Positions 51,495 to 64,000 of a DNA stretch of 64,000 bases are shown in pieces. Within the stretch, counting starts at the first letter, position 1. Each line of letters starts with the position of its first letter. This DNA comes from Laetmonice hystrix. Taxonomy: Eukaryota. Position numbers and translations under genes: made by a program. The stretch spans positions 5,022,001-5,086,000 of the forward strand of contig OZ249437.1 in assembly GCA_965235115.1 (NCBI GenBank), read 5' to 3'. The notes beneath the pieces were generated by a model. That model had not been told where the DNA came from and did not search any database. It worked only from the letters and a program-made list of their open reading frames with translations.

Positions 51495-54400
51495 TACCTG
51501 TTGTAAACAGGTAGAGTGTACAGGTTGCTTGTGTAGATCCTGGGTTACTGGTAGATCCTGTCGACCTACAGACAGAGTTTGACTGAATACGTAACTTGTC
51601 ATTAATCTACAAATATCACTCAATAGGCCTATGTCATGTTTGAGATGAGGTCCATGGCTCATACCTGTTGTAAACAGGTAGAGTGTACAGGTTCCTTGTG
51701 TAGATCCTGGGTTACTGGTAGATCCTGTCGACCTACAGACACAGTTTGACTGATTGCGTCATTAATCTACAAATATCACTCAATATGTGTTTGAGATGAG
51801 GTCCATGGGTCATACCTGTTGTAAACAGGTAGAGTGTACAGGTTCCTTGTGTAGATCCTGGGTTACTGGTAGATCCTGTCGACCTACAGACACAGTTTGA
51901 CTGAATGCGTGATTAATCTACAAATATCACTCAATATGTGTTTGAGATGAGGTCCATGGGTCATACCTGTTGTAAACAGGTAGAGTGTACATGTTCATTG
52001 TGTAGATCCTGGGTTACTGGTAGATCCTGTCGACCTACAGACACAGTTTGACTGATTGCGTCATTAATCTACAAATATCACTCAATATGTGTTTGAGATG
52101 AGGTCCATGGGTCATACCTGTTGTAAACAGGTAGAGTGTACATGTTCATTGTGTAGATCCTGGGTTACTGGTAGATCCTGTCGACCTACAGACACAGTAT
52201 GACTGAATACGTAACTTGTCATTAATCTACAAATATCACTCAATATGTCATGTTTGAGATGAGGTCCATGGGTCATACCTGTTGTAAGCAGGTAGAGTGT
52301 ACAGGTTCATTGTGTATAGATCCTGGGTTACTGGTAGATCCTGTCGACCTACAGACACAGTTTGACTGATTGCGTCATTAATCTACAAATATCACTCAAT
52401 ATGTCATGTTTGAGATGAGGTCCATGGGTCATACCTGTTGTAAACAGGTAGAGTGTACAGGTTCCTTGTGTAGATCCTGGGTTACTGGTAGATCCTGTCG
52501 ACCTACAGACACAGTTTGACTGATTGCGTCATTAATCTACAAATATCACTCAATATGTCATGTTTGAGATGAGGTCCATGGGTCATACCTGTTGTAAGCA
52601 GGTAGAGTGTACAGGTTCATTGTGTATAGATCCTGGGTTACTGGTAGATCCTGTCGACCTACAGACACAGTTTGACTGATTGCGTCATTAATCTACAAAT
52701 ATCACTCAATATGTCATGTTTGAGATGAGGTCCATGGGTCATACCTGTTGTAAACAGGTAGAGTGTACAGGTTCATTGTGTATAGATCCTGGGTTACTGG
52801 TAGATCCTGTCGACCTACAGACACAGTTTGACTGATTGCGTCATTAATCTACAAATATCACTCAATATGTCATGTTTGAGATGAGGTCCATGGGTCATAC
52901 CTGTTGTAAGCAGGTAGAGTGTACAGGTTCATTGTGTATAGATCCTGGGTTACTGGTAGATCCTGTCGACCTACAGACACAGTTTGACTGAATACGTCAT
53001 TAATCTACAAATATCACTCAATATGTGTTTGAGATGAGGTCCATGGGTCATACCTGTTGTAAACAGGTAGAGTGTACAGGTTCCTTGTGTAGATCCTGGG
53101 TTACTGGTAGATCCTGTCGACCTACAGACACAGTTTGACTGATTGCGTCATTAATCTACAAATATCACTCAATATGTCATGTTTGAGATGAGGTCCATGG
53201 GTCATACCTGTTGTAAACAGGTAGAGTGTACAGGTTCATTGTGTATAGATCCTGGGTTACTGGTAGATCCTGTCGACCTACAGACACAGTTTGACTGAAT
53301 ACGTCTTTAATCTACAAATATCAGTCAATATGTCATGTTTGAGATGAGGTCCATGGGTCATACCTGTTGTAAACAGGTAGAGTGTGCAGGTTCCTTGTGT
53401 AGATCCTGGGTTATGGTAGATCCTGTCGACCTACAGACACAGTTTGGCTGAATACGTCTTTAATCTACAAATATCAGTCAATATGTCATGTTTGAGATGA
53501 GGTCCATGGGTCATACCTGTTGTAAACAGGTAGAGTGTACAGGTTCATTGTGTAGATCCTGGGTTACTGGTAGATCCTGTCGACCTACAGACACAGTTTG
53601 ACTGAATGCGTCATTAATCTACAAATATCACTCAATATGTCATGTTTGAGATGAGGTCCATGGGTCATACCTGTTGTAAACAGGTAGAGTGTACAGGTTC
53701 ATTGTGTATAGATCCTGGGTTACTGGTAGATCCTGTCGACCTACAGACACAGTTTGACTGAATACGTCATTAATCTACAAATATCACTCAATATGTCATG
53801 TTTGGGATGAGGTCCATGGGTCATACCTGTTGTAAACAGGTAGAGTGTACAGGTTCCTTGTGTATAGATCCTGGGTTACTGGTAGATCCTGTCGACCTAC
53901 AGACACAGTTTGACTGAATACGTAACTTGTCACTAATCTACAAATATCAGTCAATATATCATGTTTGAGATGAGGTCCATGGGTCATACCTGTTGTAAAC
54001 AGGTAGAGTGTACAGGTTCCCTGTGTAGATCCTGGGTTACTGGTAGATCCTGTCGACCTACAGACACAGTTTGACTGATTGCGTCATTAATCTACAAATA
54101 TCACTCAATATGTCATGTTTGAGATGAGGTCCATGGGTCATACCTGTTGTAAGCAGGTAGGGTGTACATGTTCATTGTGTATAGATCCTGGGTTACTGGT
54201 AGATCCTGTCGACCTACAGACACAGTTTGACTGAATACGTCATTAATCTACAAATATCACTCAATATGTCATGTTTGGGATGAGGTCCATGGGTCATACC
54301 TGTTGTAAACAGGTAGAGTGTACAGGTTCATTGTGTATAGATCCTGGGTTACTGGTAGATCCTGTCGACCTACAGACACAGTTTGACTGAATACGTAACT

Positions 54401-54606
54401 TGTCACTAATCTACAAATATCACTCAATATGTGTTTGAGATGAGGTCCATGGGTCATACCTGTTGTAAACAGGTAGAGTGTACAGGTTCACTGTGTAGAT
54501 CCTGGGTTACTGGTAGATCCTGTCGACCTACAGACACAGTTTGACTGATTGCGTCATTAATCTACAAATATCACTCAATATGTCAGGTTTGAGATGAGGT
54601 CCATGG
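51495..54606. repeat. ~151-160-bp tandem satellite, ~20 units
   Basis: Unit gtcatacctgttgtaaacaggtagagtgtacaggttc...gatcctgggttactggtagatcctgtcgacctacagacacagtttgactga...gagatgaggtccatgg. Confidence 0.98.
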
Positions 54607-56910
54607 CTATTTACCACCAAGTCCTCGTCTCTCCCATTGTGTTATGTATTTGTGTGGTCACTTATGTCGGTTGCTGCACAACCCTCTCATGTGTATATAA
54701 AGCGACACAATGAACGGGAATGGAGAGGTTTCGAGCCTATATAATTCATAGTCTGTTTCAGGAACAACGAGCTCAAATTGAGTACGACTCATTGCAGGCG
54801 AACGTATGAACGTACGAGTCGGACCCACATAATGTATCGTACGTACGCTTGTTCTGCCTCCAAGTTTTCCAAAAACAAGCACATATATATCCTTAAGCGA
54901 GGGAATTTCAATTATTATAAACCCCCTATCAGACTATGTTTCTTCAGAGGGAATCCAGATACATATAATCGCAAAACCTTCGTCCTCTGACCGGCTGCCT
55001 ATTCAGTATAGACATGATTAAAATATTAATGATTTGATGCAAAACTTGTATGAATTTTCTACACAGAGAGGATTCATCCATAAAGTTTCGAAGTCCGGAA
55101 TCTAGATTTCGAGGACCTATAGATAATTCAATCAAGAATATTCTCTACTCCAGTTTAATAATGCCAGCAGTGCGACTGACACAAGAGCAACGTATAGGTA
55201 CGTGAGGTACGCTACCTATGTTACGTTACATCCTTGGCCTAATCTTTGTAGAACTGTGTCAGCCCATACTGCAGGCCCCTTCCTGGCAGATCTATATATA
55301 ACCCGCCTGCACGCGTTCTTCTATTTATCCCTCCCCAGCCTCCCACTTCAGCCTCATCACCTCTCCACCACCAGAAAGTAACCACAACAAAGTCGGAGAA
55401 TTCCCCAAAAAGTAACTTTTCATGGCATTCTGTCCGGTTCAGTGGACATGCCACGGTTGGCTGGACATCCATACTAGGGTTGACTGGGTACAGAAAACCT
55501 AAGATTGCACATACCTGTAAATGACGACCATGGTTCTAAGTGGAGGTGAACGAATGGCGTAATGGTATAGATCTCTGCGGGCACTGCTAGCTTGGTGTAG
55601 AGCTACAGCCAGCTGCTGGAGGTGGTGCACGAGCCGCACCCTCTCTCACACACCCATACCCCCTGCCAACCCTCTTCTCTCATACACCCCCCCACACAAC
55701 ACACACTCTCTATCTCTATGTTCAGTTTACTGCCTCGGGTTGGGGCTGCTGCATGCTGATTGTTAGAGAAAACTAGAAAATAGAGTCCAACCGATACATG
55801 TTCGTACATAACGCGTATACAAAATTATATACCGCCCGTATCCATTTTATCAGTTTATCCATTTCCATACCTTCAAAACAATATAATTTATATGTTTATT
55901 TCACACGTATGACAATTGAATCAACATTACAGGAGAAAGTATGGCTACATTCTTCTGCACCTAAAGCAGGCACAGACAGAATTGTGGAAATGTTTGTTGA
56001 AAATTTGTTGGTATTACTACTGAGGCAGAATAAGAATATTGAACAAATTGCAGTCACCTTTATTCTATTCGCATATCTCCGCCAAAATACCGGTAATATG
56101 TCACCCGACTCGACCTCTGATATACCGGTGTAATCGATATAACACTTCCCTACTTACAACGACGACCGTGGCATAACCAGGAAAGACCGCTGTGCTGCTC
56201 CTTGAAAAAAAACAATTATACATGAAACGTACCGAATCTGGCTGTAGATCATTAATATACATCACTTCATCTCTTGTATTCATTCCTGCTGGCAGCTCCC
56301 ACAGTTAGATATAGTGAGATACGGCAGGCTGCCGTATATAATATATTTACATAACAATAGAGTCAGAGAAAGTGTCTAAATCTATGCGCAGATCTGTCCC
56401 TGCCATAAAATCTGAATACGAATTCACATCACACGCCGTGCAACACAGATGGGCAATATTTATAACGGTGTCTGGTAATATATCACTGTGGAACATAGCT
56501 ACAGGTTCCACCATGTTAAACGGGTGTGTTCCTGGGAGTGTATAATACTGTGTATATATAGACATTGTTGACACCTCTATAACATCAGTCATATCTTTGC
56601 AATCTGCAATCTACAATCTAACTAGTATTTTGATACCACAGTCTTTCCATTAGGTATAGAAAAAAACCAACTTATACAAGTCATTCAAAGTAGATCTGTC
56701 TGAAAACATAAGGCTCCCTTTATCATTAGGCCATATTTATTCTGCCTTTATCATTAGGCCATATTTATTCTGCCACATTTATTGCCCGTTTTTTTACACG
56801 ACTCCTCCACCTACGCACCAAATGAGAAATTCCTGCCCTTTCTGGCCAACAGGTGGCAGTCTACCTTCTGCCTTCCACGGTTAGCTCTGACCACAGGCTA
56901 CCACTGGTCG

Positions 56911-57465
56911 GGCGGGAGGGACGGAGGACGGAGGACGGATGGGGGACGGAGGGAGGGACGGAGGGACGGAGGGAGGGACGGAGGGAGGGACGGAGGGAGG
57001 GGCGGAGGGACGGAGGGAGGGGCGGAGGACGGAGGACGGAGGGGGCACGGAGGGAGGGACGGAGGACGGAGGGAGGGACAGAGGACGGAGGACGGAGGGG
57101 GCACGGAGGGAGGGAGGGAGGGAGGGACGGAGGGGGCACGGAGGGAGGGACGGAGGACGGACGGAGGGACGGAGGACGGAGGGAGGGAGGGACGGAGGAC
57201 GGGCGGAGGGAGGGGGTGGGACGGAGGGGAGGAACGGAGGGAGGGAGGGAGGGAGGACGGAGGGAGGGACGGAGGGCGGAGGGCGGGACGGAGGACGGAC
57301 GATGGAGGGGAGGACGGAGGAGGGACGGAAAGAGGGAAGGAGGGAGAGAGGTACCGCGGACAGAGGGGAGGCGGAGGACGGAGGGGTTATGGAGGACGGA
57401 GGGAGCCCAGAGGGGAGTAGGACGGAGGGAGGACGGATTGTCGGACGGAGGCAGGACGGAGGGTC
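56911..57465. repeat. Purine-rich low-complexity tract (GGAG/GGAC)
   Basis: Irregular ggagggacggagga repeats; yields G/R/E/T and P/S ORFs on both strands. Confidence 0.95.
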
Positions 57466-57618
57466 GGGTTTACTCATACTGAGGGCGTTATCATTGAAGT
57501 CGCCATGAATCATAGACCGGGAGAGACGTTTTCTTTCCCTATCTTGGCCTCCTTCTCCGCCTCACATCGCCCACACAAACGAGAGAAAAAAGTACTGCCA
57601 AGACACGGTTTTCATCAC

Positions 57619-57790
57619 CTGCATGAAGGCATCAGTAGATGAAGTATTTGTTGGCGTATGGGGGACGGGGGGACGGACCTGGCAGGTCGGGTCGTCAGAA
57701 GTTAAAATGGTGTCAAACAACATTCGAAGATCGCAGCCATCTGTTGGCATGGAGACTGAACCTGACAGGGGCCACACCTGGCCTGGTGGC
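57619..57790 (-). CDS. Candidate internal exon (PPGQVWPLSG...SSTDAFMQ), unknown protein
   Basis: Acceptor gtattttccag, donor CAG|GTGATG, 172 nt open; its phase-2 start matches the end of exon 61395-60952. Confidence 0.45.
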
Positions 57791-58259
57791 CTGGAAAATA
57801 CCACCTCAAATCTATCGGTTCTGTCATGGAATCACTTCAGCGGTGGCGATAGACAAATTTCCTGCCATTTGAGAAGGGTGTATCTCTCCTGGCTACTCTA
57901 TGCGTGGCTTCCTCCATTGCAGGACGCAACCTGCAGCGGTATACAGCATGAGGGGGGGTGATTCTCAAACGGGATATTTAAACAAAAAGTACAAAATTGA
58001 CGATATTTCAATAATCAACATAATATTTAACAAAATAGATAAAAGATTTACACCCCAATAAAGAAGAAATAAATATATAACCCCGACTCTGTATCTGGAC
58101 TCTTGTTCGTATACAAAAACACAGCGCTTTATAAAAAAAAAATAAAAAAAAAACAAACGAAAGAATGCAACAAACGTCCGTTCTTCCCTCCAAATTTTCT
58201 TACAAGATTTTCGTTTTTTAGAGAGAGGGAGCACACCGGTACTCGACTATTATAGTGGC

Positions 58260-59129
58260 GACCTGAGAGATCCAGCCTGACGTGGCTGGATGGAGCCTGG
58301 GCCCACCTGACAGTGGTTTATGACCTGAGAGATCCAGCCTGACGTGGCTGGATGGAGCCTGGGCCCACCTGGCAGTGGTTTATGACCTGAGAGATCCAGC
58401 CTGACGTGGCTGGATGGAGCCTGGGCCCACCTGACAGTGGTTTATGACCTGAGAGATCCAGCCTGACGTGGCTGGATGGAGGCTGGGCCCACCTGGCAGT
58501 GGTTTATGACCTGAGAGATCCAGCCTGACGTGGCTGGATGGAGCCTGGGCCCACCTGACAGTGGTTTATGACCTGAGAGATCCAGCCTGACGTGGCTGGA
58601 TGGAGCCTGGGCCAACCTGACAGTGGTTTATGACCTGAGAGATCCAGCCTGACGTGGCTGGATGGAGCCTGGGCCCACCTGACAGTGGTTTATGACCTGA
58701 GAGATCCAGCCTGACGTGGCTGGATGGAGCCTGGGCCCACCTGACAGTGGTTTATGACCTGAGAGATCCCGCCTGACGTGGCTGGATGGAGCCTGGGCCC
58801 ACCTGACAGTGGTTTATGACCTGAGAGATCCCGCCTGACGTGGCTGGATGGAGCCTGGGCCCACCTGACAGTGGTTTATGACCTGAGAGATCTAGCCTGA
58901 CGTGGCTGGATGGAGCCTGGGCCCACCTGACAGTGGTTTATGACCTGAGAGATCTAGCCTGACGTGGCTGGATGGAGCCTGGGCCCACCTGACAGTGCTT
59001 TATGACCTGAGAGATCTAGCCTGACGTGGCTGGATGGAGCCTGGGCCCACCTGACAGTGCTTTATGACCTGAGAGATCTAGCCTGACGTGGCTGGATGGA
59101 GCCTGGGCCCACCTGACAGTGGTTTATGA
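58260..59129. repeat. 62-bp minisatellite x14 with internal hairpin
   Basis: Unit gacctgagagatccagcctgacgtggctggatggagcctgggcccacctgacagtggtttat. Confidence 0.98.
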
Positions 59130-60664
59130 GCAACGTGTTTCCAACAGATGTTTGTTACACCATAACAAGTTGTACCGTATGATAGTCGCAGCGGTCTGAC
59201 TGTAATACAACCAGGTATCAACTAAACATGTGTTCCAGTATCTGTTAGATAATACATGATCTCTATTATATAGGTACAATCGTTCCTGGCGCTATTTCGT
59301 CGATTTGATCCCAAATTCATGCCTCTTGTCTCAGTAGCATGACTGGTCATTTTCAATAATCCTTCAAATTTACTGGTTTTGATATAAACGGAGAGGACTA
59401 TAATGCACTATCGATTACTCTATACTCACAATAAACATCTTTCAGTCCAACATTAACAACATTAACATCCGGAGATATAAGACTGACAAATATGAATACG
59501 GCATTTGACACTTGACGTGGTATACAAATTCTGCCCACGTTCTTTGTTAAAGTTACCCCACAAAATTATCAACCAAGTAACCCAACCACGGTCATCATCT
59601 AACCTTGACGTGGTACGCCACCAGCCAAGGTTACAAAACCTCACAGATGTGTAAAACAAACACAGTTTATTAGGACTGTTGTATGTCGGCAGTCTGTCTG
59701 TGGTAGACCGCATCTCTCCACTGGTTGCCATCATGTGTGCGGTCACATGAACGATCCCCACACCACACACACACACACACGCCGTACCGCCCACATTGTG
59801 ATCATATTCCGCTGACACTCTGCTGGCTGCAACATCAACTAGACGCCTACAACTAGGCTTAAATAACCTGATCGCCAATTTAATATAATAACAGCTCAAA
59901 CTACGATATTTTACGGCCTTGCGTATGGTACTCTACTTCGTATTGGAGTATATATGGCAACGCTCCACATTCTCGTATTTTCCTCCGAAAGCTATGACTC
60001 AACTAAGATAAAATCTCACCGTATTTAAAAACTGGTTGGGTTATGACTATACCAGGAGGCATAAATAGTTTGGTGAGGCAGGCCACCGACTTGTGAGCTT
60101 GGCTTGATGCCAGAAGTAAATATCAAATGTTCTGGTATTATATTTCAATAAACTAAGATGTACTTTTGACATTTAAATGAACCCTTAACAAGGAATAATC
60201 CTTTTAAAAAGTTGCTTGATAAATTTAATTCGACATTGAAAAATGTCACTGGTATGTGAATCTCACAGTATTAAAAAAAATAAAATATCATGCCACAATT
60301 TTCTACACCCCCCCCCCCCCTCCCCACCGAATTTGACTGCTGTAGGCCTACACGGCATACACCATCATGTTGCTGTGTCAGCCTACCTTCCGTGCCCACA
60401 CATCTCAAGCCACTGGGCTGGTTGTGTGATCTCACCGGGTCACGGGGTCACTGGTTGAAGGGCTCAGTTTGAATAGATATAGGCCTAGGTGGCTGACACA
60501 GGTTAGTCCACAAGTTTCTTGGTTTTATACAAAGAGCTTTGGGTAAAACAGGGTCTTAATCATCAAATTACATATAACCTTTGTATCACAGACACCATAC
60601 GATTACAGCACGACATCGGCCTGCACAAAACCATTCAGGCCTCACATGACTGGAATAGGCTCTC

Positions 60665-60740
60665 TCACTAGAGGGCACTTTATGCCGCAGCGCCCTCTTA
60701 CAGGTTCTGTCCACAACTTGGTACAATCCAGGGGGCGCTG
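60665..60740. promoter_or_regulatory. Cluster of three CTCF-like motifs
   Basis: tcactagagggcact (+), cctgtaagagggcgctg (-), aatccagggggcgctg (+). Confidence 0.35.
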
Positions 60741-60951
60741 CTATCGAATCTGTCTTCACAGGGGGAAACTGCAACAAGGCTGATCTCAGAAGGCAGTTAG
60801 AAACTGTGGAAAATTTCTCAGTATAACAATTATTCCTCGAACTAATATTGAACACGTTCATCCTATGATCTCATTAAAACTTCTCAAGGAAATTTCCTAT
60901 AAATTTAAAGAATAAAGCAAGACAGAAAGGCGTCCTGAGAAAAGTGCCTAC

Positions 60952-61395
60952 CTTTGTGTTCTATGAAGCCGTATGATTGGCCGTGGTGGCTGTCTGGGTG
61001 TTGAGACGGAGGACTGAGAAGATGGAGAGACTGGAACAGTGGATGGAACTGACGTTGAGGAGTCAGCGGGACCGGCAGTGGATGTTGGGGAGGAGGCGTC
61101 AAGGTTGGAACTCGGGGACGGCGGGCGCTGGTTGCCAGGGATCCCCGCCTCTGTTACTATGGCCTGGTTGTTATGGGCGACAGTGGTGGTTGTGGTGGTG
61201 GTGGTGGTGGTGGTGGTGGTGCCGTCCTCAGCAAGGTGAGGATCGTCCTCATTGGTTGTGTCCCCTCCACCATTCTGTATCACAGCTACAGTGTGGGTCT
61301 CTGTCGTCGTTTGACATGTGTCTTCTACGTTGTTGTTATTGGCAAACGTCACGTGGATTTCTGGTGGATTGTTCATACCACAGTCTTTCTGGTTC
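60952..61395 (-). CDS. Coding exon, Ser/Thr/Pro-rich low-complexity region with poly-Thr, unknown protein
   Basis: Strong acceptor tacttttgttttcag; 444-nt open frame (NQKDCGMNNPPEIHVTF...RPIIRLHRTQ); donor AAG|GTAGGC. If unspliced, a TAG stop follows at 60950-60948. Confidence 0.65.
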
Positions 61396-61587
61396 CTGAA
61401 AACAAAAGTATCGGACGTCACGCTTAGAAATCAAAGTTCCAACCATTCTGAACATTGTAGGCACGGACCTGTTACATGGCAGGCCTAAATCTAAGCTTAA
61501 CATGTTTAAATATCTCTGAAAAGACTGAAAGGAAGGAACCTCGTTAGTCTGAAGCCGATTGGCATGCATGATGAAGTTCTGCGAGCT

Positions 61588-61604
61588 GCCGTCAGAGGGC
61601 AGCA
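61588..61604 (+). promoter_or_regulatory. CTCF-like motif
   Basis: GCCGTCAGAGGGCAGCA. Confidence 0.3.
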
Positions 61605-64000
61605 CCATAGGCGGCCAGCCAGAAACCAAAACCAAAGGGACAGTTCTGCGTATCGTTTTTGGTGTTCTAAGCCCCTTCAAGGATGCTTACATTACAATTA
61701 TAGTATATTAGCAATATTCCAGAAAAAAAACACGAGAGCGCACTTTTTGGAACTGGAACTCAGCACAAAGTATCGCCAGACTAAACTTATTTCCAGAGTT
61801 TTGACGCAGACAGGCTATGTAATTCAGGTTTTAGTGTAGGCCTACATTAAGATAGATTATTAATCCATTTCTGAGTGAATTATTTACGGGACGGGACTGA
61901 TGTTAGTTTACATTTCCAGCAAGTCCAGAAACAAGAAAATATTATGACATTCAGACGTGTTCGGACGAAGAACCAAACTCCTTTTTATCGATATCGTTAG
62001 TCACCTTCACCAACCAAATTTCACTGGTGCGATTTTTCTATCATGATATGTAAGTTGTCTATGATGCTGAGAGTGGCCCTCGTAACGACACCCCTGTACG
62101 CCCACAGTATTAGATCGACCCAGACGGGCACACAGGCCCACTCACCAAACACTCATGGTATCTACAAATTCACTGCTCTGGTTGGAATCCTGAATCTGCT
62201 ATCACATTAACCATTCCACCCTAATGAGACGACATTGTGACTGTTAACTTTTCACCATTCCCTGCATGCGTTCACCATGTAAGAATAAGTATTTTGTCGG
62301 CAGGCCTACCCGTCAGGATACCCGACTGGTACCGATCAATGACGGCGACGCCTAATATCAGCTTGGCTCTTGAAAATTAAATTCCATACAGGAGGAAACC
62401 ACAGGCGAAGTAGGTAAACTCCGGGTGACTATCTAAATCCTCCAGTAACTGTTAATCCTTGGAGTTGATCAATTAACCACCACCCTCGCCACCATTGCCG
62501 ACCGTACGAAATACTGGACAGATCTCTGAGTTACCGCTGGCTCCAGTCGGTATATAACGGGAGGTAAGGCCTGGAACTGGTACCGCTGCACGGCTTGTGT
62601 CTATTATGTGTTGGTGCGGTTTGGTTAGTTTTGTGTGACGGGATATAAGATAGAGTGTTGGCACGGTGCGGCCCAAGCCCCCCCCCCCCCCAGCCCCCCA
62701 GCCCCCTGGCCGGCTCCTTAAGGCCAGTGAGAGTAGGGCCCCACTGGCAGGACGGTCTGTGTGGGAGGTAACCGGCTGGGAATGCTGTGTTTTACAAATA
62801 CTGCCCCTATCACTTAATCAGCACTGGGATTGCACAGCCGTAACACATACTGGATATAATATTATGGGGTAAAATTGTACCAAATTTGAAGACACATATA
62901 ACATGAAATAAAGTGGGATCTTTTTTTATATGTGGAGTCCTTGAGATAATGTATCATCTAATAATATCTAGACGTGGCTACATCCAACAGTAAGCATTCT
63001 CACGTTTCCGTACAATATGGATGAGTTTACAGTCTGCCGCTCATCAATCAATTGTAATGGTATATAGGTATACCTCCTTACTTCTCATCCCCAACCCTAC
63101 ACATTCTTACCGCCTTCAAGATGTTTCCAGAGAACTGTCTACAACTATACCGGCACACTCAATGAAGGCCACACGGTGAGCCAGGTTGGCTGCCTCCCAT
63201 CTCCTAACGATACCGACGGGACACTGCCGCTGGGATCTCTGTTACCCAACAGCAGTTATCGGTGATGAGCTGAGAGCATTAGAGGCTAGGCCTTCGTCCC
63301 TGTGATCTGTGTGATGTGTCAAGTGGATGCTTTGACGATAGCAGATTCTGCGCGTGCCAAACACGGCCACCGTTTTCCCGTCGCTGTCGAGGTGGTGAGG
63401 AATTTACCCAGAATTCCGTATACCGGACACATGGATCTTGATGGAGTGGCGAACACATTGGGCAGTAATTACGGCTTCGTTGTTTCTATTACCCGTGCTT
63501 TATTTGAGTCTCAGTACCGATACAGAATCTATTCCAGACTTATCTTTTTCCCATACATAAACTTAAGTACGGAAGCCGAGGTTGGCATAATTAACAAAAT
63601 TGTTATTTTGAAAAAGGTTTTAAAAGTTCACGTCTATGTATGTTTAAACTGGAAAAGTGCACGACTATATAAATCTGTGTTTTAACAGAGTGTCAACTTT
63701 AACCTTATCTCGCGAGACCTTATGTTCTTTCAAACGTGCCTTCATTATCACCTCCTCGGCTTCCGTACTAAAAGAAACGTCACTAACCTAAAAGAAACGT
63801 CACTAACGTCCAGAACATGACAGACGCTCTCGAAAGGTCTATAATGTCATCTGATTGACATTCCCATCAGGAATTGCTTCCCTTTGGTTTTACCTGGGTT
63901 CATGTTTGCAGTCTGAGGCCAGGGTCGGAGTTCATGCTGAGGGTTCGTGCCAGCTCGCCATTGGCTGAGCGGATAACAGGGTGACTACGGGTTTCGTGAG

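Noticed and set aside
55925-56015. Polinton packaging-ATPase-like YGYILLHLKQ
   Set aside because: About 30 codons between stops, with no other Polinton or viral genes nearby.
56450-56515. WD40-like SGNISLWNIATG
   Set aside because: Single partial motif, no splice support, and the antisense frame is equally open.
56782-57513. Gly/Arg/Glu- and Pro/Ser-rich ORFs
   Set aside because: Low-complexity purine tract open on both strands.
1-64000. rRNA, tRNA, SINE, LTR or LINE sequences
   Set aside because: I found no cloverleaf, paired A/B boxes, long-range LTR pair or RT/transposase motifs; decayed copies could be missed without a library search.

Overview
This window reads as eukaryotic, probably bilaterian-animal, genomic DNA that is mostly intronic or intergenic. 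It has no long non-repetitive ORFs, but does show GT-AG exon candidates, CTCF-type motifs and recurrent TAGGCCTA palindromes. About 20 unrelated minisatellite arrays (units 11 to ~155 bp, roughly 14 kb or about 22% by hand estimate) dominate it. It also holds two ~2 kb local duplications (1-4037 diverged; 42206-46260 near-identical), several MITE-like palindromic elements and an N-run. The long ORFs in the supplied track are almost all read-throughs of tandem repeats. The best gene evidence is two phase-compatible minus-strand exons (61395-60952 and 57790-57619) and a likely first coding exon (38128-38007); I recognise none of them. The most notable protein-level signal is a short, probably degenerate ORF at 28105-28233 that resembles the N-terminus of mytilectin-type beta-trefoil lectins. 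I found no rRNA, tRNA, CRISPR array or intact transposase. All similarities are judged from memory and all counts by eye, so they need computational confirmation.
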